Virus record (IMG/VR): IMGVR_UViG_3300033067_001302
Coordinates: 18,596-82,595 of that record
DNA: 64,000 nucleotides
Strand: one strand, 5' to 3'
Origin: a virus
Lineage: Duplodnaviria; Caudoviricetes
The position numbers and the translations under genes were made by a program. A model generated the notes under the pieces. It saw nothing but the letters and a program-made list of their open reading frames with translations. It was not told the origin of the DNA and made no database searches. The stretch's first letter is position 1. Each line of letters starts with the position of its first letter. Positions 36,345 to 44,625 of this stretch are shown in pieces.

Positions 36345-37037
36345 CTAAGTAGCATAGTGGGAAGCATAGACATCTTCGGTATACCCGGAATCAAGCAGCA
36401 CCACACGCTGATCCGGCGTCTTGCCCCAGTGGTCTAGAAGTTGCAAGTCAGCAGGGATCAAGTCAGGGCGATTTGCCAGAGCGGTGAAGAGTCTTCCGAT
36501 GAATGGAAGATATTCAATTCCCCGGACTGACATTCCTGGCATTGGATGCCGTGCACGCTTATCAGCTTCAATTTGGGCCTTTACTGTTACATCAAAGGCT
36601 CGTCCAACATCGCCCAACGAGCTGTAGTGACCAAGGAACTTGTACATGAAGTTCCAAGGAACCTGTGTGAGCTGTTCGAACTCCTTTTGATTTTTGAGCG
36701 GACGTACCAGCTCCGACACCATCCAGGCATCGTTTTGTCCCATCTTGTAAATCCTCGTAACCAAAGGAGCCACACCGGGATTCTGAGCTAGTTCGTACTC
36801 TGCTCTGTTCTGAGCGAGGCCCTTCTCATTCTTAGCGATCTTCAAAGCCCTCTTGCTGTCAAGAAGAAAGGCAGCACGAGACGAACCCTCTCCAAGCAAT
36901 GGAAGCTTACCCGCAACGGTAAGGATCATTTGCTCTGGGCTGTCCATCTTGTCGAACATCTCTGGGTTGAACTTTGCCTCTTCAAGCTCTTGAGACTCAA
37001 GAAGCCAGAAGTCCAGGACAGATTTCAGGTTATTCAT
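36345..37037 (-). CDS. Protein-kinase-like fold protein 2
   Basis: LLGEGSSRAAF, ALKIAK, QNRAE, ADLQLLDHWG, VLLDSGY; paralog of 23519..24223. Confidence 0.72.
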   Translation of the reverse strand: MNNLKSVLDFWLLESQELEEAKFNPEMFDKMDSPEQMILTVAGKLPLLGEGSSRAAFLLDSKRALKIAKNEKGLAQNRAEYELAQNPGVAPLVTRIYKMGQNDAWMVSELVRPLKNQKEFEQLTQVPWNFMYKFLGHYSSLGDVGRAFDVTVKAQIEADKRARHPMPGMSVRGIEYLPFIGRLFTALANRPDLIPADLQLLDHWGKTPDQRVVLLDSGYTEDVYASHYAT

Positions 37038-37686
37038 CGTACAGTGTATTCGCTTTCAGGGTTGGGTCTACATCAACTCGCCTTGGACCATCTCCAAGGG
37101 CAGGGGCAGGAAGGTCATCTCCAAGACGTTCACGAACATCACGGATATCACCTGTCGGACCGTCGCTGTTCTCTGCAATTCCCCTCTGCTGCTCAAATGG
37201 AGTTGGCGGGGTCGTCTCTTCAACTGGCTTGAAGAACTTCTGAGGGTTGAACTCTCCTGGACGGGCAAGCTTCCCGATAACCTTGTAGGCAACATCGTGC
37301 TCAACCTGCCCAAAGAAGTTGTTCATGTTCAGGTAAGAGACAATCTCGTAAGCGTTATCGCCATAAGTGAAGAAGTCTCCCTCCGAAAGCTCAAGACCCT
37401 TTTGAGCCAAGTCTCTGGCTTGGAGGAACACCTCAAGTGTGTTCTGTTGCTCAGGTCCAAAGGTGGTCATCTTCGTCTCCCACTGGGGCTGTCCAACCAG
37501 GGCATCGACCTTGATTGGGTTTTCGAAGATTTTCTTCACGGCCTCATTGTACACAGGGTGAATCTTCGTCTTCAGGGTCGAGACAGGCCAGTAGATGATG
37601 GCTTGGCCGACAATGTCCTTGATGAACTCCTTGCCGAGGTCATTGAAGTAGTCGATCTCTTTTTGGGTTACGAACAGCCGTGGCAT
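37030..37686 (-). CDS. Head completion / neck protein (gp14-like)
   Basis: IHPVYNEAVKKIF.NPIKV.ALV, LSEGDFFTYGDNAYEI. Confidence 0.65.
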   Translation of the reverse strand: MPRLFVTQKEIDYFNDLGKEFIKDIVGQAIIYWPVSTLKTKIHPVYNEAVKKIFENPIKVDALVGQPQWETKMTTFGPEQQNTLEVFLQARDLAQKGLELSEGDFFTYGDNAYEIVSYLNMNNFFGQVEHDVAYKVIGKLARPGEFNPQKFFKPVEETTPPTPFEQQRGIAENSDGPTGDIRDVRERLGDDLPAPALGDGPRRVDVDPTLKANTLYDE

Positions 37687-38678
37687 CTTATTTCTCCTAT
37701 ATCTCCCCTTCTCTCCTCTTCCTGGTTATCCTCCACTATGAGAAGAGGTTTCAGGAGAACATTTTCCTTAAATAGAATCCACCCCTTGTGGGATTTGATC
37801 TTGCCGGATAGAAGCGAATAGAGGTTCTGCTTTTGCAAACCGTGCGTTTTAGCAAAAGTAGGAATATGGGAAATATTGCGGTAAACAGTTCCGTCTGGTG
37901 CCTGCACTGAACCATACGTTTTTACGGGCTGAGAGCTATTTCTTTTGACAATATTCTCTCGTCCATGAGCCTGCATCTTCGCTTTGAACTCAGGCTCCAA
38001 GGCAAGTCTGCCTCGGTATGTCTCCGCTCTTTTTCTAACTGATTCCTCGGTATTCAAAGACTTGATTGCGGCTTCTTTGACTTCTGGGTCACTCATCCGG
38101 TTCTTCATCCAAAGAGACATGGTTTCTTGGTGCTCGGGATCATTCCAAATGGTTTGAGCACGCTTGGAGGCCGTTGCTTTACCCTCTTCTGTATTCCAGA
38201 ACCTCTTTGCCTTTTCTGCAAGAGTAGACCGATATACCTCATTCTCCCAAACCTTCTTCATCGAATCACTTTTCTTCGCCTTGGTCTCCTCGGGGGTGTT
38301 GGAATAACAGCTACGTTCCAATGCTTCTGTTTTTTCCTTGAAGTTGTAGCAAACACGGGAGCCATCGGGAAGAAGAGCATGGTAAATGCTACCAATGTAC
38401 TCCTCCTCCCTCTTGTTGCGTTCTTCCTTGGTAGATCCTTCCAGCACCTCTAGGACATGAAACTCAAGGAAATCATCATGACCCAACGCTTCCTTGCACT
38501 TGTTGAAGTCGGCTTGGAGAAATTTGTTCTGGTGTTTGCCCTTCAAAAGTGAGGACGCATGGCTGCGCCACCGACTCTTAAACTCTTTGGCTTGACCAAT
38601 GTATTGGCGACCTGTGTGAATATTGAGAATCCTGTAGATTCCTGAAGCTTTCGAGTGCCCACCGTAGATTAATTTCAT
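37668..38678 (-). CDS. GIY-YIG homing endonuclease
   Basis: SGIYRILNIHTGRQYIGQAKEFKSRW; C-terminal module ending HKGW; start re-placed at MKLIYGG (38678). Confidence 0.85.
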   Translation of the reverse strand: MKLIYGGHSKASGIYRILNIHTGRQYIGQAKEFKSRWRSHASSLLKGKHQNKFLQADFNKCKEALGHDDFLEFHVLEVLEGSTKEERNKREEEYIGSIYHALLPDGSRVCYNFKEKTEALERSCYSNTPEETKAKKSDSMKKVWENEVYRSTLAEKAKRFWNTEEGKATASKRAQTIWNDPEHQETMSLWMKNRMSDPEVKEAAIKSLNTEESVRKRAETYRGRLALEPEFKAKMQAHGRENIVKRNSSQPVKTYGSVQAPDGTVYRNISHIPTFAKTHGLQKQNLYSLLSGKIKSHKGWILFKENVLLKPLLIVEDNQEEERRGDIGEIRCHGCS

Positions 38679-38734
38679 AACTACACCATTCCTTTGAGAG
38701 GTAGCATAGTTCAAAGGGGGACGTTTTGCAGCCC

Positions 38735-39994
38735 CTAAAAACACTTTATAGCATGAGTCGGAGGCATGGGGAGGAAGGAAAGTTGCTTCATCAGGTTCTC
38801 GGCCTTCTGAGCTTCCATCTCTTGGAGCTTGTCGTAGGACAGGGACTCAAGCTGACCCTTGAGTTCCTCGATGAGCTTGGTCTGGTCTTCTCTGGCTTCC
38901 TGAACGAGCTCAGAGCCATCCAGTTCGAGGTCAGCATTTGGAATGGGGATACGCTTGACCTTACGACGGACACGACCCATGATCTCCAGAGCAAGAGCAA
39001 AAGTCATTCTAGCAATCCAGTTCTTTGCCCACTGGTTGAGGGTTGCGTAGTTCACAAGACCGAATGGGATGTTGGCAGGATTGGAAGCTCCTGCTGCCAC
39101 TCCAGAGAAACCAGAGGAACCTGCAAGCCCTGCTGTTCCGCTGAGTGAGCTGCTGACACCGAGGTCGATGAAGGCTCCATTCACCTGGGCTTGGAAGCCC
39201 ACTCGAATCCAAACCTTATTGTTCACCCCTGGGATGATGGAGGTTGGAACGGGAAAGAAACGGATATTCCTGCCGGAAATCTTGTAGGTGTAATGGGATC
39301 TTCTCACCTTGCTTGCCAGCTTGAGCTGACCAGCACGAAGAACATCCTCGTAGAGTGGAAGGATGTGGAAACGGGTATCCGTGTTGAAGGCTCCCATTGG
39401 GATACCGACACCTGCTACGTTTCCAAAGTTCGTACCGAATGAGGAGTTGAAGAGATACTGGATTGGAGCGAAGTGGAACACCTCAAAGACACGCATCTTT
39501 CCACCAGAGCCGGAAAGCATGCCGTACAGAGCATTGCCAGCCTCATCCTTCAGGTCAGTGAAAAGGTCGTAATCCTGCTTCCCGGTTACCATGTCAATCG
39601 AACCGGAAAAGGAGTTCTGAGTCGAACCGAAGCCGATGATGTTGGCATAAGGCTCAGCCAACCTATCAAGGAACTCAAGGTTCGGAGCAACGTAGACGTT
39701 CGTGAGATTGATGGTATTCTGGTTGGTCGTGGAATCCCAAGAACCCGTTGGAGTCCCAAGAAGGCTGGCAAGGTTGCTCTTTGTCTGGTATTCGATAACC
39801 CAAGAGTTGAATCTCCAGGTCGCCTCCTCAAAGCAAGACCAAATTTCCTTCTTCGACAACTCAGTCGAAAGCGTGGTCTCCCCAGCCTTGCGCTTGACGT
39901 AAGTCACCATGGAATCAGCATCCCTTTGGAACGCTGGGTCTGAGTCGAATAGCCCAAACGATGTTGGTCGAGGAGTGGTTACGAACGTTGCCAT
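38735..39994 (-). CDS. Neck / head-tail adaptor protein (gp13-like)
   Basis: ELSKKEIWSCFEEA, WIARMTFALALEIMGRVRRK...IPIPNADLELDGSELVQEAREDQTKLIEEL. Confidence 0.7.
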   Translation of the reverse strand: MATFVTTPRPTSFGLFDSDPAFQRDADSMVTYVKRKAGETTLSTELSKKEIWSCFEEATWRFNSWVIEYQTKSNLASLLGTPTGSWDSTTNQNTINLTNVYVAPNLEFLDRLAEPYANIIGFGSTQNSFSGSIDMVTGKQDYDLFTDLKDEAGNALYGMLSGSGGKMRVFEVFHFAPIQYLFNSSFGTNFGNVAGVGIPMGAFNTDTRFHILPLYEDVLRAGQLKLASKVRRSHYTYKISGRNIRFFPVPTSIIPGVNNKVWIRVGFQAQVNGAFIDLGVSSSLSGTAGLAGSSGFSGVAAGASNPANIPFGLVNYATLNQWAKNWIARMTFALALEIMGRVRRKVKRIPIPNADLELDGSELVQEAREDQTKLIEELKGQLESLSYDKLQEMEAQKAENLMKQLSFLPMPPTHAIKCF

Positions 39995-40030
39995 GAGCCT
40001 ACCCGTTAAGTAGGGCTGGCAAACGTCACA

Positions 40031-40405
40031 TTATTTGATAACGAGGCCCTTCATTCCCTGAATTTGGGTGCTCATCTTGTTCAAGAGGTCGGCCTTCTTC
40101 TTGAAGTTCGTTTCCTTCGCAGCAGCCTGGAGACCTTGGTTGATATTCATGTTGGTTCCCGGAACCATCACGTTGTTTGCCGGGTCGTCGTTCCCAGGTT
40201 TCGTTCCCACTCCCGACTTCGTACCGGTCGTTCCAGTCGTTCCAGAGGTGCCCATGGACGTAGTGGAAGTCCCAGTAGAAAGAGTGCCCTGGGTGACCTC
40301 CGAGAGCTTTGAAAGGTCCTTGAACATCTCCTCTTTCACAGCCTCACGGATGTACTCCATTACCAGCTTCTCGAACGCCTCCATGCTCATGAACTCTTTT
40401 GCCAT
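40031..40405 (-). CDS. Small late protein, Thr/Gly-rich, with leader helix
   Basis: MAKEFMSMEAFEKLVMEYIREAVKEE. Confidence 0.55.
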   Translation of the reverse strand: MAKEFMSMEAFEKLVMEYIREAVKEEMFKDLSKLSEVTQGTLSTGTSTTSMGTSGTTGTTGTKSGVGTKPGNDDPANNVMVPGTNMNINQGLQAAAKETNFKKKADLLNKMSTQIQGMKGLVIK

Positions 40406-40408
40406 GAT

Positions 40409-41017
40409 TCACTTTCCTTTGCGAAGAGCTGCAAGCTCCTCTTTGATCATCTCACGGACCATATCAACGAAGGCTTCCGTGCTCATGAACTTCTTCTTCT
40501 TCTCAGGAGTGCCCTTCTTGGAAGTTGGCTGCTCCTTGTAGTGAGGTTCATCTCCCTTGTTTGCCATGTAGTGCGCCAAGGCATATGGGTTGTCGATCTC
40601 TCCACCCTTACCAGTGTGTCCGTGGGTCTTCATAGCCCTCACAGTGCCGTGCCATCCCTCTGGTGGTGCCTCGGAAAGCATGTCACTCTTGAGCTCCTCA
40701 AAGGCGGCATGGACCACTTCCCAGCTTACCCCGTCAGGTAGGTTGAAGTTCTGCTCCAACTCAGCGGAGACTTGGTTCATGACTTCCTTGTCAATCTTCC
40801 CAGCCTTCTTCAAGAGCTTTTTGGCTGCATCAACCAGAACCCTGGCTTCTGGAGTGTCCTTCATTTCAGGCGGCGATTCATCGGGAGCAAGCAAGGTATC
40901 AAACCAGCTTGGGTCCGTTGCTTGCGATACGCCTTCCCCATATTGGTCGTATCCAGCTTCCTTCATTGTCCTGGTGACGCTCTCCATCACCATCTTCTTC
41001 AGCTCTTTTACCTTCAT
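40409..41017 (-). CDS. Putative head-associated protein with leader helix
   Basis: Start MKVKELKKMVMES (41017), downstream of TAATTA at 41037-41042; DNPYALAHYM motif. Confidence 0.6.
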   Translation of the reverse strand: MKVKELKKMVMESVTRTMKEAGYDQYGEGVSQATDPSWFDTLLAPDESPPEMKDTPEARVLVDAAKKLLKKAGKIDKEVMNQVSAELEQNFNLPDGVSWEVVHAAFEELKSDMLSEAPPEGWHGTVRAMKTHGHTGKGGEIDNPYALAHYMANKGDEPHYKEQPTSKKGTPEKKKKFMSTEAFVDMVREMIKEELAALRKGK

Positions 41018-41075
41018 TTCATACGCCTTTCCGTGGTAATTAGGTTGTACCACGTTAGAAGGCGTTCAGAAGGGT

Positions 41076-41741
41076 TCAGAGGAGGTTCATATCGAGGACC
41101 TTGATGGTGATGCCATCAAGACGAGTGAGGCAAGGAAGAGGCTCCTCAGCGAAGGCCGCGCCGACCTTCCAGTCATCCTCGAAGAGACTTGGGACAACAT
41201 TTCCTTCGACCTTGACCTCAAGCTTTTTCTGGTCTGCAAACTTGGTGCGCGAAACCTTCTTGTCGGTCACGAGTACAAGCTTCGCCACCGATGCAGGAAG
41301 TTCGGAACTTACGTGAACGTAGAACTTCCCATTCAGCACACCAACAAGCTCACCAAAGGCACCCTTCATTGTCTCCTTTGGGCTGTTATTGTTTGCGTAG
41401 TACACAGGACGATACGCAGCAGCGTGCTCAAGGATAGTTGCAAAGTCCGGGGAACACTCCAGAATTTGAGGCATTTGATTCGTACGCTGCCTCACCGTCA
41501 CCGCTGCGTCGTCGATCACATCAACGAGGGTTTCGTACCACGAACGGACGGTCCCAGTAAACATTGGACCCGCACTCGCCACTCCCTTGTTAAGGGCAGA
41601 ATCAGCTCCCGTCAGCTTGTTGACGAACTTGCCCGGGGCTCTGGGCCAGAAGCGCACATTCTTGTCCTCCACAACTGGGGTTGGAGGTGCGATTGGTGCG
41701 GTTGGAACAGTTCTGTATGGATTTGTCAGCTCTTCTGTCAT
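41076..41741 (-). CDS. Truncated major capsid protein paralog B
   Basis: WPRAPGKFVNKLTGA, GPMFTGTVRSWYETL, SPDFATILEH and terminal VLDMNLL align with the capsid protein C-terminal third. Confidence 0.8.
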   Translation of the reverse strand: MTEELTNPYRTVPTAPIAPPTPVVEDKNVRFWPRAPGKFVNKLTGADSALNKGVASAGPMFTGTVRSWYETLVDVIDDAAVTVRQRTNQMPQILECSPDFATILEHAAAYRPVYYANNNSPKETMKGAFGELVGVLNGKFYVHVSSELPASVAKLVLVTDKKVSRTKFADQKKLEVKVEGNVVPSLFEDDWKVGAAFAEEPLPCLTRLDGITIKVLDMNLL

Positions 41742-41770
41742 TGATTCCTCTATTCCAGAGGAATATGGCT

Positions 41771-42565
41771 CTAGAGCACAGGCATGTCCAAAACGATAAT
41801 TTCGTAGTCTGCCAACAAAGCAGGTTGGTCCAAAGCCACGATGTCGAGCTCAGGCACTTCCTTGTGGATGTCCCCAAATTCTGCCTTGAACCTGGAAACC
41901 AACTTCACGTTGATCCTGTTCTCTGGATGCGTGCTGGTGCGCAAGAGAGTGAACCGATCAAACAGGTTGTTCGAAGCAACCCAGCTCGACGGGCTCACCT
42001 GCTCCCAAGCTTTGGCGTATCCCCTGCCGAACAAGTTATTGTCGGTAATGAATGGCGACGTTTCCACGATATTTGCCGTAAAGAGGTTCCTGCGGAACAT
42101 ATCGTTGGAAGCCTGAATAATGAGCTCTTGAAGTGTTCCAAACCAATCCTCCATGGTTCCCGTGAACTCCATGATTGGCTCCATCACCTCTTGTTCTTGA
42201 CGAACAACAACCTCTGTCTTTGGACTCACACCTGGGAGTGGCGTAACAGACAGCTCAGCCATCTTCACGACCTTCTTCAAGGCCACTGCACCCGTGTCCT
42301 TGTTAACGTACCTACCAGGAGCCATGGACCAGTGATACGTTCTCCTGTCGGTAACCACCTTGCGGTGATCTTTCAGATCGGTGAACCCCCCAGCCTTGAA
42401 AGCTGCTTCCAGCTTCGCCACATTCGGGGCCGCTCTCCAGGCAGCAAGGGCTGCTTCAAGTGGTGGAACCACAAATTCCGAACTTGGCTTCTTGGCTGGC
42501 GGTCCTCCGCAACAAGCAGGGGTGCAATACTCTCTTCCGTCTGGTCCGCTAATTCTCTTTTCCAT
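41771..42565 (-). CDS. Truncated major capsid protein paralog A
   Basis: WSMAPGRYVNKDTGA, FTGTMEDWFGTL and terminal VLDMPVL; start at MEKRISG (42565) with GAGG SD. Confidence 0.7.
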   Translation of the reverse strand: MEKRISGPDGREYCTPACCGGPPAKKPSSEFVVPPLEAALAAWRAAPNVAKLEAAFKAGGFTDLKDHRKVVTDRRTYHWSMAPGRYVNKDTGAVALKKVVKMAELSVTPLPGVSPKTEVVVRQEQEVMEPIMEFTGTMEDWFGTLQELIIQASNDMFRRNLFTANIVETSPFITDNNLFGRGYAKAWEQVSPSSWVASNNLFDRFTLLRTSTHPENRINVKLVSRFKAEFGDIHKEVPELDIVALDQPALLADYEIIVLDMPVL

Positions 42566-42608
42566 CTTTTCCTCACGGAAAGGCTGTAAGAGAGAGGCCA
42601 AAATGCAC

Positions 42609-42638
42609 AAAACCCCCGATGCAAAAAGCACCGAGGGT
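42609..42638 (-). terminator. Rho-independent terminator after the major capsid gene
   Basis: Minus strand ACCCTCGGTGC-TTTTT-GCATCGGGGGT-TTT; a GATCC-TTCG-GGATC hairpin lies right at the capsid stop. Confidence 0.75.
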
Positions 42639-42677
42639 CTTGACGCTCCCTCTACCGGGAGCTAAGATCCCGAAGGA

Positions 42678-44591
42678 TCAGATGAGGTTCATATCGAGAA
42701 CCGTAACCGTGGCGTAGAAGTCAGCGCGAACCATCTTCTTGCCGTAGCGTGTCATCACACCCTTGCGAGGAGTGAAGTCTTCCTGTGCGTAGATCACAGG
42801 AGTGAGGATCAAAGGAACGTATGGAGCGTAGATGTAGCCGGACTCCAGGAAGGTGTTACCCTTCAATCCCAAGAGAATCTTGTTTGTTGGGAAGTATGGG
42901 TCCTTGTAGACCACGTACCTGTTGTTCAGCGTACCGATTGCCTCGGCACCGATCGTCATGCTCTCCTTGACTTGGCCGTCCGAGTCAACCTTGTATGCTG
43001 GCTTGTAGGCCACAAGGTGCTCGAAGATGGTTGCCACGTCTGGCGAGGTGATGATGAAGTTTCCGCTTCCACGGAGTGTCTTCCTGTGGATCGTGTTGGC
43101 TGCATCCGTGATGGTCTCCATGAGCGTCTCGTACCACTCACGCACATTTCCGAAGAACTGTGGTCCTGGAGCGAGAACGTTGTTGTGAAGAGCCTCTGCA
43201 CCCGTCTGCTTGTTGACGATACGTCCTGGAGCACGCGACCAGTACAGGTTTGCTGCGCTGGCTTGTGTGAGGAGATCGTTCAAGATTTCACGGTCGATGT
43301 CGAGCGTGATCATTTCGCTGAGGATGTTGGTCAGCTCCACTTCCACGTCGATGGAGTAGAAAGCTGTCAAGTCCTGTGCCATCTCTGGCGACCAACGAGC
43401 GCGGAGCTTACGGGTTGTAGCCGTAACCGACACGCCTTCGATCTTGATGTCAACTTCTGGAATCCTTGGCGAGGAGTCAATTGCGAAGTCCGTTTCGAAC
43501 GATGGAACCGTAAGGGTCGTGCCCTCCGAACCAACCGAAAGTGCGTCGCTGATTGCTGCCGAACCAGAGATGTAAGCCGAAGCTGTACCAGCAGGCTGTG
43601 GAGCCGTTCCTGCGTTGGCGACCTTCAACACAAACATGACGTGGCTTCCGCCAAGTGGGTTTGGTGTGAAGAGACCCGTAGCTGCGTTCCAGTCTCCACG
43701 CTTGTTCAAGGCACGGAGGTTGAGGACGCCAAGACCACCCTGGAAGCTGTCGCCCCAAGCTGTGACCGAGTTGCCGACCGAGCCGAAGCCGGTGATTGCA
43801 ATTTGGTCAAGCGAGTTGAGATCAAGTCCCGAAATCTTGCCTGTAAGCTCGGAGGCCGAGACGAACATGAAGCAGAAATCGAAGCTACCATCGGTGAGAC
43901 CATTCTCAATGTCCGAACGGAAACCAGCGTAGCGGGCGTTGTAGCCTGTCCAGTCAGCCGACGAAGCGACAACTGCCGTGGTTCCTGTGGTCCAGGTCGA
44001 GCCCGAGAGCCAGTAACCAACCGAGTCAGTCGAGCCGGTGATGTTCAAAGCACCCTTGTGAACCTTGGAGAATCCTGTTCCCACGAGGTCGTACTGGCCA
44101 CCAGCAGGAGTTGCACCCGAACGAATCGAGGCTCCAGTTGGAAGGCCGTACACCGAGGTTGCCCTCTTGTAGGTGTCAGCCGTTGCCGAGGTCGAGAGGC
44201 TCAGACCTGCATCACCACCGACGTTCGAGCCGTAGGTGTAATCCAAGTAGAAGAGCAGTCCCGAAGGAAGGCTCATTGGCTGAACCGAAACCACTTCGTT
44301 GGCGACGAGGCCAGCAAAGACCCTACGAACGATAGGGAAGGCAACGTTCGAGAAGCCTGCAATCTGACCCGAGGAAGTCAGAGCAGCGCCACCTGTCGAG
44401 ATGGCGTTGGACTCCTGGATGAGCTGTGCAGTCTGGTTCTCAAGAAGGCGAGAGAGGCTCTCCTTCTGGACGCCGGAAAGACCCTCAAGAAGTCCTGTTG
44501 CAGACCACTTGGACAGGAGCCTTGGAGCGTCGGCTCCAAGCGAACGGCGGTTCACGCCCTCTGCCAATTGCGAAAGTGAGAAAGTTTTCAT
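42678..44591 (-). CDS. Major capsid protein (T4 gp23-like, 637 aa)
   Basis: FPIVRRVF, VSVQPMSLPSGLLFYLD, RKLRARWSPEMAQDL, EITLDIDREIL-like, GYIYAPYVPL, FTPRKGVMTRYG. Confidence 0.95.
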   Translation of the reverse strand: MKTFSLSQLAEGVNRRSLGADAPRLLSKWSATGLLEGLSGVQKESLSRLLENQTAQLIQESNAISTGGAALTSSGQIAGFSNVAFPIVRRVFAGLVANEVVSVQPMSLPSGLLFYLDYTYGSNVGGDAGLSLSTSATADTYKRATSVYGLPTGASIRSGATPAGGQYDLVGTGFSKVHKGALNITGSTDSVGYWLSGSTWTTGTTAVVASSADWTGYNARYAGFRSDIENGLTDGSFDFCFMFVSASELTGKISGLDLNSLDQIAITGFGSVGNSVTAWGDSFQGGLGVLNLRALNKRGDWNAATGLFTPNPLGGSHVMFVLKVANAGTAPQPAGTASAYISGSAAISDALSVGSEGTTLTVPSFETDFAIDSSPRIPEVDIKIEGVSVTATTRKLRARWSPEMAQDLTAFYSIDVEVELTNILSEMITLDIDREILNDLLTQASAANLYWSRAPGRIVNKQTGAEALHNNVLAPGPQFFGNVREWYETLMETITDAANTIHRKTLRGSGNFIITSPDVATIFEHLVAYKPAYKVDSDGQVKESMTIGAEAIGTLNNRYVVYKDPYFPTNKILLGLKGNTFLESGYIYAPYVPLILTPVIYAQEDFTPRKGVMTRYGKKMVRADFYATVTVLDMNLI

Positions 44592-44616
44592 CGTTTACTC
44601 CGATATTCCTTTTTGC

Positions 44617-44622
44617 TAAGTA
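44617..44622 (-). promoter_or_regulatory. Late-promoter-like TANTTA motif upstream of the major capsid gene (representative of about 20 sites)
   Basis: CTACTTAG 25 nt upstream of the ATG; the same hexamer lies upstream of the sheaths, tube, tape measure, neck and others. Confidence 0.65.
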
Positions 44623-44625
44623 GAG

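Noticed and set aside
38678-38683. TAGTTA motif at the second GIY-YIG gene
   Set aside because: It overlaps the proposed ATG itself, so it cannot serve as that gene's promoter; it was not counted.
41076-42698. Diversity-generating retroelement (template/variable repeat pair from the 20/21-nt capsid-end match)
   Set aside because: The match is short, the single mismatch is not informative about adenine-specific mutagenesis, and no reverse transcriptase is present in the window.
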